Source of the DNA: Balanoglossus misakiensis
Lineage: Eukaryota; Animalia; Hemichordata
Reading direction: 5' to 3'
DNA length: 64,000 nucleotides
Assembly (NCBI GenBank): GCA_040954595.2
Contig: CM082583.2
Location: 5,206,849-5,270,848 of the forward strand
Below are positions 42,945 through 56,601 of this stretch, in pieces. Under the pieces are notes generated by a model that was given only the letters and a program-made list of their open reading frames with translations, had not been told where the DNA came from and ran no database searches. How positions within the stretch are numbered: position 1 is the first letter of the stretch; each line of letters opens with the position of its first letter. Both the position numbers and the translations under genes were made by a program.

Positions 42945-44489
42945 CAGTTTGTGCATCGAAGAACACAATTTGTGTCAGATTCTTTAACGAATGATATACA
43001 CATATACGTCCTTTTAACTTTCCAGAGCCGTGCACTCGTTTACAACAATTATTTCTTGAGTAGCTGCTAGACGTACTGGAAATTTAGATATTTTAACATA
43101 TAATCTGTACACTAAGACATCACATTTTTTACCTTTCCGAATTCTAAATACGCCCATATTAGAAGAGACTCAATTTTCTCTTTTAATGCACAAGTCAAGA
43201 TATAAAACTTCTCAAGAGTTAAGTGTATAACAACGATTGATATTTAGTGTTGCTAAACCAGGCACAGAGGGGATCCGTCAAGAAGTAATATAGAAGCCGG
43301 AAAAATGCAATATGTTAGTTACATGTTATAACACTTAACGTTGAAAATAAATCCTGCTTGTGTCCCCGCTTGTGCCTGGATATTGTGACTTCGAAAACAA
43401 GCGAATGAGACTGCAATGACGGCATATTGTGATGTTGTGGCCTGTGATGACCTAACAAGATGAGTCAGAGACAGCTCATCGCTTAAGCGCCAACACGCAC
43501 AAAATACCATCTTGATTTCCAATAAGACTTCTGTCGCGGATAGATAAACACCGACGCTTGGATTGTTTTTGATCGTCCTCCAGTCACGAGTGGTTCTCGG
43601 GAGCGAAACTCATCTGTTGCCATGGTGACGCCACCCGAGACGTTTTTCTCCTCCTCTTCAGAGGTTCGTCGCAGGAAATGAAAAAGCTGTAAGTTGTTTC
43701 TCGACGTGGACAGCTTGTTGTTTGGATTGTTAACCAAAATTTCAAGGTAAACTCAACCCTGGGCCAAAAGCGGAAAGAGACCCCCGCCGTAGGGGTTATC
43801 CATCATTCGGCATTGCGTGTGCAGGTGAAACCATGCTCCGGGTGCAACTTAACGTGATCCCGACAAAAACATAGACATGTGCGCGCATGAAAATAATCTG
43901 GTTTTGGGGGCTGTGAAAGAAGAACCCCGAAGGTGGCAAGCGTCAAGCAAAATCAACAAGTGGCGCCAAACTGTTTCCCCATAATCACAAAATTTCTCGT
44001 CTTCCTCTGCAATATTAAAGCGCCGATATCTGTAACTTCTGGCTATTATCCATTGTTTTTTGTATCAACTACATGTTTTTGTTAAATCCTCCCTATATTA
44101 CTATAATTATTAATGTCGTCCATATGATAAATACTGGGTATTTAATCTTCCTGTAGGGAACCGAGCAAGAAATTGTGGAAAATGTCAAAAGTGACTGAGG
44201 AGCTTTAGCTTCAACCGATGAAAAGAAATATGAACTGTCGGGCACATTTTTCTTTTCGTTTGTGCAAGCCATAGCGTCGCAAGATCTCGTGGTATTCTAT
44301 AACCGTTTGAATATTTCAATCTTTTTCTTCGAGACTGTTATGTCACACTTTGTGTTTTTATTGCTGTCGTTGCATTTTATTAATGTTTACATTCACAATT
44401 AATACATTATTCAGAACAGCCTAATTGTGTCTGGCAGTCTGTTCAATGAATTGAGACTAAACAGAATGGTTTGAATTCAAGTAAATGAG

Positions 44490-44604
<115 letters not shown>

Positions 44605-46154
44605 TTCTTCCTATACCTACCTACCTACGACCTACTCTCTCTCTCTACCTACCTATGTATGTTTCGTGCCATATTACTGACTTTACATGGTCAGCAAGTG
44701 ATTAATTGAAAATGTCGCAAACACGGCCGATCATTAGCCATGCGCAGTGATAACATGTGATTTACTGCTCGCAAGAAATTGCGGTAAAAGCTTACAGGCT
44801 ACGAACCCAGATACAGCCCCAGGCTCTCCGTTATCAATCACACATTTCGTCCATACACAAACGTCTTTATGGTTTAATGGATAGCGAAGACATTAACTCT
44901 TCTATTTCTTTCTCAAGGAAAGAGATAGTCGGGCCAGACACAACCCGTAAATATTTACTTCTTTTGTTATTTCTTCTTGGTTAATAAAAGTGTCATTAAT
45001 GTGAGTATGAACAAGAGAGCTAGACATTTGCAAATTGTAGTTTTCTTTTTTTCTGTCAGAAAACGCGCGGAGGTGGCGTTACACTGTGTAAGTGTCTGTC
45101 TGTATTTTTGGTAGTCTTTGATATTAAAATATGACATTTTAAAGCTTTTTGAAGTGATTATTGTTTTTGTTTCCGGTTTTGAATTTTGAAATGAATCGAA
45201 AAAGTAATCAAATTCGTGTCGCACAAACAACAGAAAGTGACGTTGACACCATCCGATGCCACTGCGATGGGCAATGGTTGCCATGGCTACATGTCAGACG
45301 TCACCAAACAAACAAAGGCAAATTAAAAGCGAGCTTGTTCCTCCACTGATGCGTACTGTATTGCACGACAGGTACTTACACGGAGAAGCCCCTTAATCTC
45401 CGAGGAGTCAGGAAATCTGTGCCAGTGTTGCCTGACCTTTGACACCGTCAAATTATTATCCCGCCCTGCCTTTGTCACAGAACACGACGCCTTTAATAGT
45501 AGCTGATTGAAATGCTAACCATATAAGCGACAAACTAAAACTTTGCGAATTCATCCTTTTTACTTCCGAAATAGATCTCCAGCAATTCTACACAAATTGT
45601 GTAATGCGCGCTAAACACCAAAAGTAACAAAATCAAATCTGGATGAAAAGCCAAGCTTTTACGGTGATTTCCCCCGTGACATCGTCAGTCAACAATGGAA
45701 TGTGGAACCATCCAGGGAACACCAACAGCCATAGCGATTGCGGAGATCAATGCGACTCATTTGTCTAGTTTGAGTAACGGTCCTTTAAATTGCTCCCTTC
45801 TCCTCTCCTGTTTTCTTCGTTAGTCACCAGCGACGTCATCGGTAACCCGGTCACGTCGACGGCCGCTAATCGCAGATCCACCGCGTCACGACTCAAGAGC
45901 TGAAAGGACTCCGAGAAAGAAAAAAAAACATTGCCAGCAATTGAAGCGGAAATTCGTGTTGATTTTGTGAACGACGCACGAATGCCAAAGTGGGTCACGA
46001 GTATCCACGGTCGCCGTCAAAAAATCAACCGGTGTCGAGTCAGCTGCAAGTGGAACGTCTATTTTTATGTTCAGATGAAATGCGCGCCGAGGAGTGGTAA
46101 ATGTCGTCTTACGCGGTAGTAGTATAGTATTACTAGTGTTTCCTTTTCGCGTGA

Positions 46155-46183
46155 ATCATCATCATCATCATCACCATCATCAT
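46155..46183. repeat. (ATC)n microsatellite
   Basis: Directly visible. Confidence 0.85.
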
Positions 46184-49100
46184 GCATTTAAATCAAGAGC
46201 AGCATTTGAAGTCTACGGAATTTTGACAGAAAGAGCATACACGTTCAAATAACCTGATGGAGGACGATTCAAAGCGTGCGGTTATTTAAGATGTTTCATT
46301 TTGGCAGAGGTTCGTTATCTTTGTATTATGCCATGACTACGCGAATCAAATGACAATAATTACTTGTTTTCGGATGCATTGATATGCATGTATTAATAGC
46401 TCAATACGCCAGCACTAATCGATCGAATCTAATTGTTTCAAGAGACGAAGTTGAAAACGGAAAGTGATATCCCTACCGCAACACAAATGCCATGGCAACA
46501 ATTAGAAAAATAAACGGGAACTTTGTATTAAAAGTCATAATGGAGAATGATTAAATTATTTATGTTTCGCAACGTTGTTACGGAGATCAGATTCACAATA
46601 TTGTAAGATTATTGGACGACAAAGCTAACCATTTCTCGACAGAGTTGGTTTGTTTGCTAAACGCAGAGTCATACTGACTTAATAACTCATAAATCATTAT
46701 ACGAGTATCGATTGATTAATTAGCCTTGTCTAGCGTCAGTAAATTTGTAATATCTTGTATGAGCATACATGCATGTTACACTTTTCTTAGATGTTAATGG
46801 AGCGAAGATGGCTGTTTCAAGTTCATTACAAAACCAGGGCGTTGGTATCCAATTTATTTCCATCGCTCATCTTCTTGCCTCCCCATTCAACGACACCTGC
46901 TTTAAAGCGATGGTCTTTCCAAACGTGATAAAAACATCACAGTTCCGCTGCTTCGCTCCGCGTTGAGGTTTTTATGAAGACGTATAATGCGCCGCCAATT
47001 CAAACATCAACTCGCTGCCGAGTCTTAAAAGGAAAGCTCTTATCGCTTTGCGGAGTGAATGAAATTATATTGTGAGTGACGACTGTCCCAATAAATGCGA
47101 AATCTGATTGCTCACAGCCGCGATATTTTAGAACGAGGAGGCACATCACTCATGGATTTCATCGTGAGGTACTATAATGAGTTACTGCGCCAACTTCAGA
47201 AGGATTCAAGTTCTTCGATTTTCACTGCCTCGTATATCATTATCGGTAGAATAAAATGTTGGGTGACTTTAAAAAAAAAAAATCACGAACGGAAATGAAC
47301 GCTGCGGCATTTGTCACGTGGACACCTGGTGAATATATGCGATTGGCTAAGATCTCAACTTCCCATGGTAACTGTACTTAAATTTGCATAGATGGCCACA
47401 ATTTTTTTAATGGCTTTATGATGGTATCTATATATTAATGGTCGGCATAGGTAGGTTCTCCTTATGGTGTATAAAATATTAGCATTAGACTTTTAATTAT
47501 ATTACGCCGTGTATTAAAGCAGCGATGCATGGTCAGTTTAATGCACATGTGGTGTAAATGGGCACTGAAAGAAAGTCACTCAACAACACGCACTGTTCCC
47601 GTTTGACGGGCCTCTGACGTCACTTGTTCGTCACTTTGGATCTTGATGGCCACTTCCGGCGTTTCTCATTCCTGCTTATCCCTTCCGCTTTACCAGCAGA
47701 ACTGTGCACATGCCACTCAAAACGTGGTTCAGAAGTTGATATCTGATATGAAAAGCCGCTTTCATTTTTTAAAGAATGATACTCACTATAGAATTGCTTT
47801 GACAATGCAGGTAAACGTAATGTGAATATTCGGATTATGACTGCGATAACTATTTAATGAAATTACATGTAAGCTTATCGTGCAATTTCTCCTAAAGTGA
47901 TGACATAGATACCTCCTTCGGGAGAAAAAGAGAATCGGTTAAGAAGCAAGAAGTTTAACATTGCAGGACGATTGTAACGTACCCCAAACCCGCCAAAACA
48001 ACTATCATATCCCAATAGGATAATTTCCTTTTGATTAATATGAGTTGCCTATTTATTTAGTCTTATCTGTTAATTCATTCGAAGACGTAGGATGTACTTT
48101 ATTGAGATTCTTTGTTATGGAAACTTAATTTAAAGTCAAAACATATCCCTGGATTCATATTTCAAAATATTTTGCGAGAAGATTTCCACAAGAAATGGTA
48201 TAATTATTATCTGACTATTTCTTGAAGCCTGCAAAAATTCTGAATAGCATATCAGGTCTAATTATTTGCGTTCTCATCTTACGCCGTTATGAAGAGAAAG
48301 TGGAAGATGATTAAACATTCGCTGCGGTGTTTCTTCGCGTCCTAAAACTGAAAGTAACAAATTCTGGTATCATATAATCTCCATTGAGCACAAAGATAAA
48401 TATTTATATACATATGAATTCTCATGTAAGGACAATAGGTTATGTTTAGATATCATTAACGTTTCCCAGAACACGGAGATATATTTTTGATACAAAATAA
48501 TGCACTGCGTCTCTGAATCCTGAACAGTATAGTAATTCCCAGTATTGGGTCGGGGCTCACTGGAACCTGAATAAATTAACCGAATATCGCGGTAAATTAT
48601 GACACCCCATATGGACTGTAGAGGTATGATTTTTGATTCAAAACTTGGCAAAATAGTTCACACAGATAATGCGGTGTTTTTGCCTTGGGCGTACCGTACT
48701 GATTTAGATGCGCTTGCCGTTGAATTTTAAAACGTGATTAGGCCCTATATCTGTAATATTTGAACGCAGTTCACACTCCAAGACCCGGGAAAGCAGGGCG
48801 CCATCTACGTGTAATGCAAGTGGAATATGTTACATTAGTGTAGTGCTGCCGTTATGTTTGTTTCCATGTACCCTACGCTTTTAGAGTTTCGAGTAATAAT
48901 GTACATCCTTTAGGAGAGCAATGAATACTCAAGTCGAATATTAATCACACGTTCAATATCAATGGAAGACCGGATTTTCAGTCATATTGCCACTGAGTGG
49001 CAGACGTGAGTGGGGTTCCCTATAAGGTCAACGAAGCTGCCACTCAAAATATTGGAACACGACACTTTCATTTCGTCATAATAAATGTTTTCCATCGATG

Positions 49101-49712
49101 TTTGACACTTCGTTCACAGCGTTTATTGAGCGCCGCTATCTTTTTCTGTCATTAATCGTGTTGAGTTTCATAAAAGCTGGCGTCCAAACGATGTTTGAAC
49201 CGAATCTGTGATGGGAAACATTTTAAAGTGATAGCCGACTCGCACACAGTCCAGTGAGCATGTATTGGCATCAGTGCGCGGGAAGAACTTAATTGAAGAT
49301 GGCCGCTCACAAAATCTCTCGTTCGTCATATCATTGTTAGTGACAATATGTATTTTCACACACGTTATACATGTGTGGTTAATAATGCAATGTTCCAAAT
49401 TGAATTCATGTCCGAACATTTATTCAGATGTCCAGCTGAGGTAATACATATATATACGGCGTTTAGAAAAAAAAAACCGAGGGCCTAACTATGGAAGAAC
49501 ATTCATTGAATAAAACATTGAAGACAAATGAGATATTTACAGTTGCCGTCGGTAGAATGCACAACGCTGGGATTAAAATAACACATGTAATGGTGTATGT
49601 TATCGCAATGATGAGAATAAATTGGGGTTTATTGGGCACTATGCACCTCGGACATATTGAACGGGATGCTCATTAGGAGATAACGAATAGCGGGACTGGG
49701 AATGTGTCACTG

Positions 49713-49728
49713 AGGTCAACCTGGGTCA
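49713..49728 (+). promoter_or_regulatory. DR4 nuclear receptor response element-like motif upstream of FABP
   Basis: AGGTCA-acct-GGGTCA: two RGGTCA half-sites with a 4-nt spacer, about 145 bp upstream of ATG 49873. Confidence 0.5.
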
Positions 49729-49872
49729 AATAACAATCGGCAATGGCGGCATGGCTACCTTCTGTTGACAAGACAACCATTGGCGTGTACCCACGCGAGA
49801 TAGCGATCTCGCGACGCCTGTCACCCGACACCTTTGCCCCCTGAAGACATCGACTGATATGAAGCAGGGGTC

Positions 49873-52800
49873 ATGAGATTACTAATAATTGGAGGTGCCC
49901 TGGCCATCGGCGCTGTTCAGCTCATTCGGCACTCGTACAGCGCCCGGTCAACAGCTCCTAGTCCTAGCCAGCCCAAGGTTGCCACCCCCACACCTCAGTC
50001 GCGGTCCCAGATTCGAAGTGTTACGATCCTTGAAGAAACGCCAGCGCCAACAATCAAAATGCCTCAGTTCGCAGGAAAGTATAAACTTGCCAAGAGCGAG
50101 AAGTTCGACGAGTACATGAAGGCCATAGGTGAGTCCATTCAAACGAGTCAAATCTGCAAAAGCTTTTAATTTTCATAGTTTAGGCCTATGCCTAATAGGC
50201 CTATAAGGGCCTAAAGCTTTTATAGAAAGCAGTGGGTCGCCACTGCGAGAACTATAATTTCGAGCGCACGGCTGGAAATTCACGAGAGACGCTGTCGTTC
50301 CGAATCAAGCGCAAATGAACTTGTGATTTCAACAACCCAAAGAAGAGTGGTTGAAAGTACAAATGTACAACGTAAAGTAGCCCAGTTTGTTAACAATTAG
50401 GTCGGGAAATTTAGGCTAGGCTAGCGTGAGCTTTAAGGCTCTATATACATCTTAGTTGATTCAGAGTCGCGTCATTCTCAAAGTCACTGGAAGTTCTGAT
50501 TTTTCCTTCGGTCGTATTCTGAAATTTCCACAATTGATCTGTGCGGCGTGCATAAACTTCCATTTTAACTATTAGGGAGTTGAAATTTCAATAATCTCTC
50601 ACGGCCAATCGACTTCTGAGTTTCAATTGTCAGAACTTTCAATTACCTTTCTAGGGACCTAGTACCTGCGCGCACTCAGTAAAATGATGGTGAAAAGATG
50701 ACAGTTTCCATCTGCCATATTTGTATTAGTTGACTTATGAGTGTTAACAATTTTAAAGGATTTTGCTGATTTTACGAGCAAATTGTCACCTCCATCTCGA
50801 ACAAAAATCCCGGAATGAAATTCCGGAATAGTCAAGCATATCAGGATGACCACATTGACAATCTGCACACGACCACTCGGCAATTCATTCATAAATTCCT
50901 GGGAAGTGGGGATAAACCTTAAACAAATAGAAACAGTTATCTAATAAATGGTGCAGGGCAGTGCAGTCCGTTCTCGTGTGTGTGCATGGAAATGGTGACG
51001 TCTGAATCGGATTCCGTGCAGAACTTTTAATTTGCAGCCGCAGAACTCTAGACATTGAAACTACCACCGACTGTGCGCATGTCTACCACACACGAACGGC
51101 GGGATCAAGCATTGGATGCCTACTGAGATAGGCTGTGAAGGACAGTAGATACCTGCAGTAGATATCTGTGTTTCCGGTCGATTTAGCTGAGAAAGGTGTT
51201 GCTGTCGGAGTTTGGTGGTGCATTTACATAATTTTAGCCATCGTGTCTTCTGAGAATATGTACGTTTGCACGCACAATTCAACTGAACCCGCTTTTACAT
51301 TTGTGACCTTGCTGTTGTCAGAATATCGTATTTTGAAGTATTTCTCGACATGAATAAACAGACCAAGACGCTCTGTGGTAGCCACGGAGACGCAGTGAGA
51401 CATGACTGGCAAAAACCATGATACACAGAGACACCTAACATATACTCACTCTGCCAACCGATAGGATACATGTAGATCCAATTAACCTCATAGATTCAAC
51501 TCACTTCAGCCACCCCAGGAAACAGGCGGGGTCGCCCTGACAGACGCACAGATACCCTGGCATACCCAATAGACAGACACTGACAGAAAAACCTAGAGAA
51601 TTGTGGAGATCATCGTACATTCCATTGGTCACGTTTTGTATAGCGAGCAGTACATTAGGCTACACGTTTTTTCTAACATAACAAAAGATGCATTTACAGG
51701 TTGCTTTCTTGGCCTTTCACATCGATAGGACTTTGAAGGGATAAGGTATCGCGAGGGAATTAGCTATTTGAAACAAACGTCGACATGTGGTAGATTTTCA
51801 ATGTGTATCTTGGTGACCTCGTTTGGTCTGTGTTTTTGGCGGGAATACAGAACAGGCATATCTGGGGAATACGACCAAACAGTTCTATCGGTAAATTCCA
51901 TCGGATTGGTGGTTGGTAGACTTCAATCATGGTTCTCCACTGGCCTTGAGACACTTGGTGATAGCCAGAAAACGCGTGTCTCTTGCATCTGGATATTTTT
52001 GCAGTCTGAACACGCGTATCATTCCACAAACAGGTTTATCTACCAGGGATCACGGGAACGTTTGTCTCCAAGCGTCGATATTCAAGACCCCAGTTTAAAT
52101 TTTAACACATTGGTGGCGTGTGGTGCAGCACCAAAGATAGCCAGTTACTGGCTATCTTATCTGAACATAGAACGTTACACTGTGGTCATTATTTCAGATT
52201 TTGGAACTGCCACGCGCAAATTTCGTGTAAAAATAATAAAATTCGACTGTAGAACATCAAAAACGTCTACTTCTTTGCGATCCCGGGACAGTATATCGTA
52301 TAAACAGATTTTAGAGTTCATCTGTACTATCCGATAGTGCCAATACGAGGTTGCTTGGAGATAACCGGCGTGTTTGAGCGATACCACCGCAATCACGCTG
52401 CAATTTTCGACTTCATGTTTGACTTTGCTAGTATTCTAATAGAACTTCAAAAACGATAAGCAATATAATAATTATATGAACATTTAAATCACGGAAGCGA
52501 AACTTGAGAGGAAGAAATATAATAGTCAATAAGCCGGTTTTGTTCGAGAACCACGCATGTGATACAATTTAGGCCCAGCATCCGTTGTATTTCAAGTGGA
52601 CGCTCGAAACCGTGTTTTGAAATCGAGCCAATGGAGTTTTTCATTGTAGACGCAATCGATTTCTTACAATTTATGATATAATTTTGGTGTACCCTGTAAA
52701 GTTTTATTTCTGTAATTTGTCTGGGATTGTAAAAATACTTTTTATGGTGTTAGTTGTATTAGAGGGACAAAGTCCTCGTCATGATGGCATCGCCTCGGTG

Positions 52801-54642
52801 AGTTTGCTGAACTCTTTATCGCCACAGCTCAGTGGCACACTCGTAAACATTATTATACATATACCATGCTATAATTTATGGTACGTACTAGAAATTACGT
52901 CATCCTAGAATGTATATTTTGCGCTTACACGCAGGATGTGAGTGGAGCTGCCACAACTGACGATGCCGCCAACCATGTCACGTGATGTACAATATTACCG
53001 AATTTCGCCAACTCTCCAGAATAATTCATATCATTTTGATTTTAAGTCGACATAATCGGACTTATAAACATAAAAGGTTGTTGGCACACGGTTTTAACCC
53101 GTGTACTCTCTTTAAAATGGCGACGTAAGAGTGAACAGAAATTCTAGCGCGCTCGACCTGATGTGTTCCCGCTTCTTCACAGGTGTCGGTCTTGCAACGC
53201 GGAAGATTGGCAACATGACCAGCCCGACTCTGACCGTCACCCAAGATGGCGACCACTTCGTCTGGAAGTCCGAATCCACCTTCAAAAGCCAAGTCGTTGA
53301 TTTTGTCATCGGACAAGAATTTGATTTCAAGACAATGGACGACAGACAAATGAAGGTATATGGATGTTGTTTTTCAGGCACTCGACACTGTGTTAATACT
53401 ATATACTGTACATCTTTACCGCGCAAAACAGAAACTATCGTCAAAAAAGTGGCGGCCGGTGGATTCTTCTGTCAAATACAGCAAAAATGCATTTCACTAA
53501 ACTCATCTCGATATGTTGTTTTGCTGCCGATAAACTTTGTCGGTCTAACAAAGTATAAAACTATCTTAGTCTTGTGGTCTTTGTCTGGGGTTCAGTTTGA
53601 GGACGGGGGAGTTAAAGGCGAGAGTTGAATATTTCTAACCACGGTCAAGTTTGTGCACAACGTGACAAATGAAGAGCTGGCATATTTAACCGTAAACGTC
53701 TGTTGTTGTTTTTCAGTGCACTGTGACTTGGGATGGAGAGAAGCTGAAAGAAGTGCAGAAACCGCCAGCCGGCAAGGGAGGCAAAGAGACCATCATCATC
53801 AGGGAATTGGATAAAGACAAGAACGTTTTGATGGTATTATACGTTTTGTAGTTTGCTTGAATTTGGACTCGTTTCGTGTCCTGTTTGACGTTGTGTGCGA
53901 TTGCTGCGCTCGTAGTTAGAGAAAAGAGTAGCGATCATATGCGTTGATCAGGTAGGATCATGGTGGTGCCAGCAGGTAATACCATCGATCACGTGAGTGT
54001 TCCGCTGCTTGGTAGACAACTGAAGCACGCGCAACTGATACACGTAATATCGACCCCCTGTTCCATACCGTGTCTTCGGGCATTACACTCAGCGATACAG
54101 GTCAGACACCGTCCGATTTAAATCGGTCAAACGGTGCGCGCCAGAACCGTTTATCGCCTGAACCCATTTTGTACCTCGCGTGTAATCAATGGTGATTTGT
54201 CATGGCAGAGGCGGGCAGAGTTTGAAGCGAGAGCATGCCGTATCAATTGAGTCGAAGAGACGGGGTGTTTTTTGAATGAATGTACACAGGACGCGTATCA
54301 CCTGAACTCCGTGCACAGTCAGAGATAACTTTGGGCCCTCGAGAAATGGTCCAGGAGATAACAAAGCGTGCCCGCTGCAAAACGTGGCACACTTTTTACA
54401 CATTTTGTAGTTTCAAGTTAAATGCTCATGCAAGTTAGCGTTATATGACAGTTAGTGAGATATTACAATTTCAAATCACGCGAATTTTGTAATCTTGTTA
54501 TGGTTGACCTTGTAAGGTTTCCAAGGCGACTGGGAGATAGATATTACAACGACGTATAAAGAGAACAATTTTCATTTTTTCCCCATTGCAGACTTTGTAC
54601 GTCGACGATATCGTCTGCACACGCCTGTACAAGCCAGCATAA
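49873..54642 (+). CDS. FABP: Intracellular lipid/fatty acid-binding protein; exons 50059 (or upstream in-frame ATG 49873)-50128, 53183-53355, 53717-53833, 54592-54642; 136 aa core, 198 aa with leader
   Basis: MPQFAGKYKLAKSEKFDEYMKAIG|VGLATRKIGNMTSPTL...ESTFKS...GQEF...MDDR; IIRE; C-terminal CTRLYK (R-x-Y carboxylate-binding motif). Canonical FABP 4-exon/3-intron layout with a 173-nt second exon. Family-level symbol only; the start codon is uncertain. Confidence 0.93.
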
Positions 54643-56559
54643 GAAGAGCTGCATTCTGAAATTATCGTCTGCAAATGCAAAGAAGAGATGAACTCAATGC
54701 TTAACACATACAACGTGAAAAAAAAAACTTACTAGGATTATTAAATCTGTCGATAAAAGTTTCATTTGTGGTTGATTACAATGCAGTCGCAAGATGCCGC
54801 CATTTGCCACGCTCTTCCTCGCTTCGTTGCAATTGTGCGTTGTATAATTACTCTGAAAGCTCGCATACTGTTCGATGAAGACACTGCCCATAGATGCTCG
54901 AATGAAACCTGCTGTTGTTCGCAGCGCGAGTGGTTGCAAAGTGATTGATTGCTTTTTATTTTCTTGATTAAATTTTATGATATTTTAAACTTTGTACAAT
55001 CGGTGACAAGTCATTTTTTACGGACAGCAGTGAAATCTGAACTGTTCGCGTTTTATTTCAATTGAATTCACAGCAAGCAGTGGAGAACGATGTCGGTGTG
55101 TAGAACAGCCTTATCAATTTTATTATCAGCTGTTTGTCTGTAGTGCGACTATTCAAAGTGTATTCCAAAGAAAAGATAAAATCGCGAAAAGGGGCAACGG
55201 GTCGATCACACCATATAAACCAGCATTTCTATTCACGGTCTTTTTATATTGTCTTCAGTGAAATTATACCGCCTTATCATAGGACTCTGAACTTCGAACA
55301 GTCTGCTTGGAATGGCGTGGTTGTTGCATTGCACTAAGGTGAACTTTTTTTATCAGTCCAGCGCGAGAAACGTTATGACTTTGATAACGGTGGGGTATAG
55401 GGCGTTCACACCGCACATGGCGGAGTCTGTGACGTAGATGTCGCGTCTGAGTTGTACGGTGATCGAGAGTCCATAAAAAAAACTAAAGAAATTCGACGCA
55501 TCGTTACTGCTAGTAGAAGATCCACCCAAGCTGAAGCCTAGCTTGTTTTCAGCGCAGGCGATGTCACCATTTCAAGAGTTTAACTTAGATTTTCGTCATG
55601 ACGTGTCAAATATTGTGATAACACTTTATTCTCATTGCCGGCCTGCATTTAAAAAGAGGTCATCCGACACACCCAACATCTTTAATTCGAATGTAGAAAA
55701 ACTTAACCAAACTGGACGGAAACGTTGTGGTGAATTTTGACGTGCGACGAGTTACCTTGGCAACTTAACATTTGACTTAACATTTCCATCTTTTAGAGAG
55801 AAAAAAACAGTTTATTACAAACACAGCTCGAACTTTGTCATATACGAGCCCTGCCACTTATTCGTAGCTTTGTATGAAAGTACGTCTGATCATAACATTT
55901 TTTAGTACGGCCATGGTACGGCGTACAATAAAAAAATACTTAATTATCAGCCATAACAAGATCTAGTCAAAAAGTTTCTTGACCTGTCCCATTCAGAAAA
56001 TAGCAGCATTTTTGTTGAAATCTCTACAAATTGTACTGGTGTTGTTCGCCACATTTTAAACACAAAACACTGTCTGTTATAAAAATGCATAGAAAACGTT
56101 TAACATTCACGAGGTATACATGTATTAAGAAACCATGTCAACTGCTTATTACCTTTCTTCGGAAGGCAACCAATAGTGGAAACTCTTACATCGTAACGCG
56201 GGCGGCGCTGTTTAGAGCTGCCGCTTAATAGCGCCAGCATGCGTCATATCAGTGTCCGCATTACCAACAAACCCGATTTATGAACAAATGAATTGCAAAT
56301 GTTGGCCGATGAGGGCATTTAGAAGCATCCCAAGTATCGTAGCTAAATGATACAGATGGAAAATTCATACAAGTAGTGAGGCTATAGCTACACATGAATA
56401 TGGAAAGTGTACATTTAAATATCTCTGACTAGCCATTAACATTTACAGGAGGTTATTTCATTTCTGTTTTGTCCCAGAATGCACGCGTAAATTAATTTTA
56501 AAATGCTATAATGAAAAGGAGCCTATACCCACTGTTCCGTTACGAATGCTCATAAATGC

Positions 56560-56560
<1 letters not shown>

Positions 56561-56599
<39 letters not shown>
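56561..56599. repeat. (TC)n microsatellite
   Basis: Directly visible. Confidence 0.95.

Positions 56600-56601
<2 letters not shown>

Noticed and set aside
41931-42968. 345-aa antisense ORF and 386-aa alternative-frame ORF (41834..42994) over the GPCR
   Set aside because: Shadow ORFs expected from very high GC at third codon positions; they have no recognisable motifs, and the equal 345-aa length looks coincidental.
50180-50230. Clustered TAGGCCTA palindromes in FABP intron 1
   Set aside because: A short palindrome that recurs throughout the window; no larger structure.
51768-52337. 189-aa ORF inside FABP intron 1
   Set aside because: Non-ATG start, no transposase/RT or other motif, and no coding-like codon bias.
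55074-55103. Possible alternative last exon of FABP (cag|CAAGCAGTGGAGAACGATGTCGGTGTGTAG)
   Set aside because: Only 9 codons and lacks the R-x-Y strand needed to complete the barrel.
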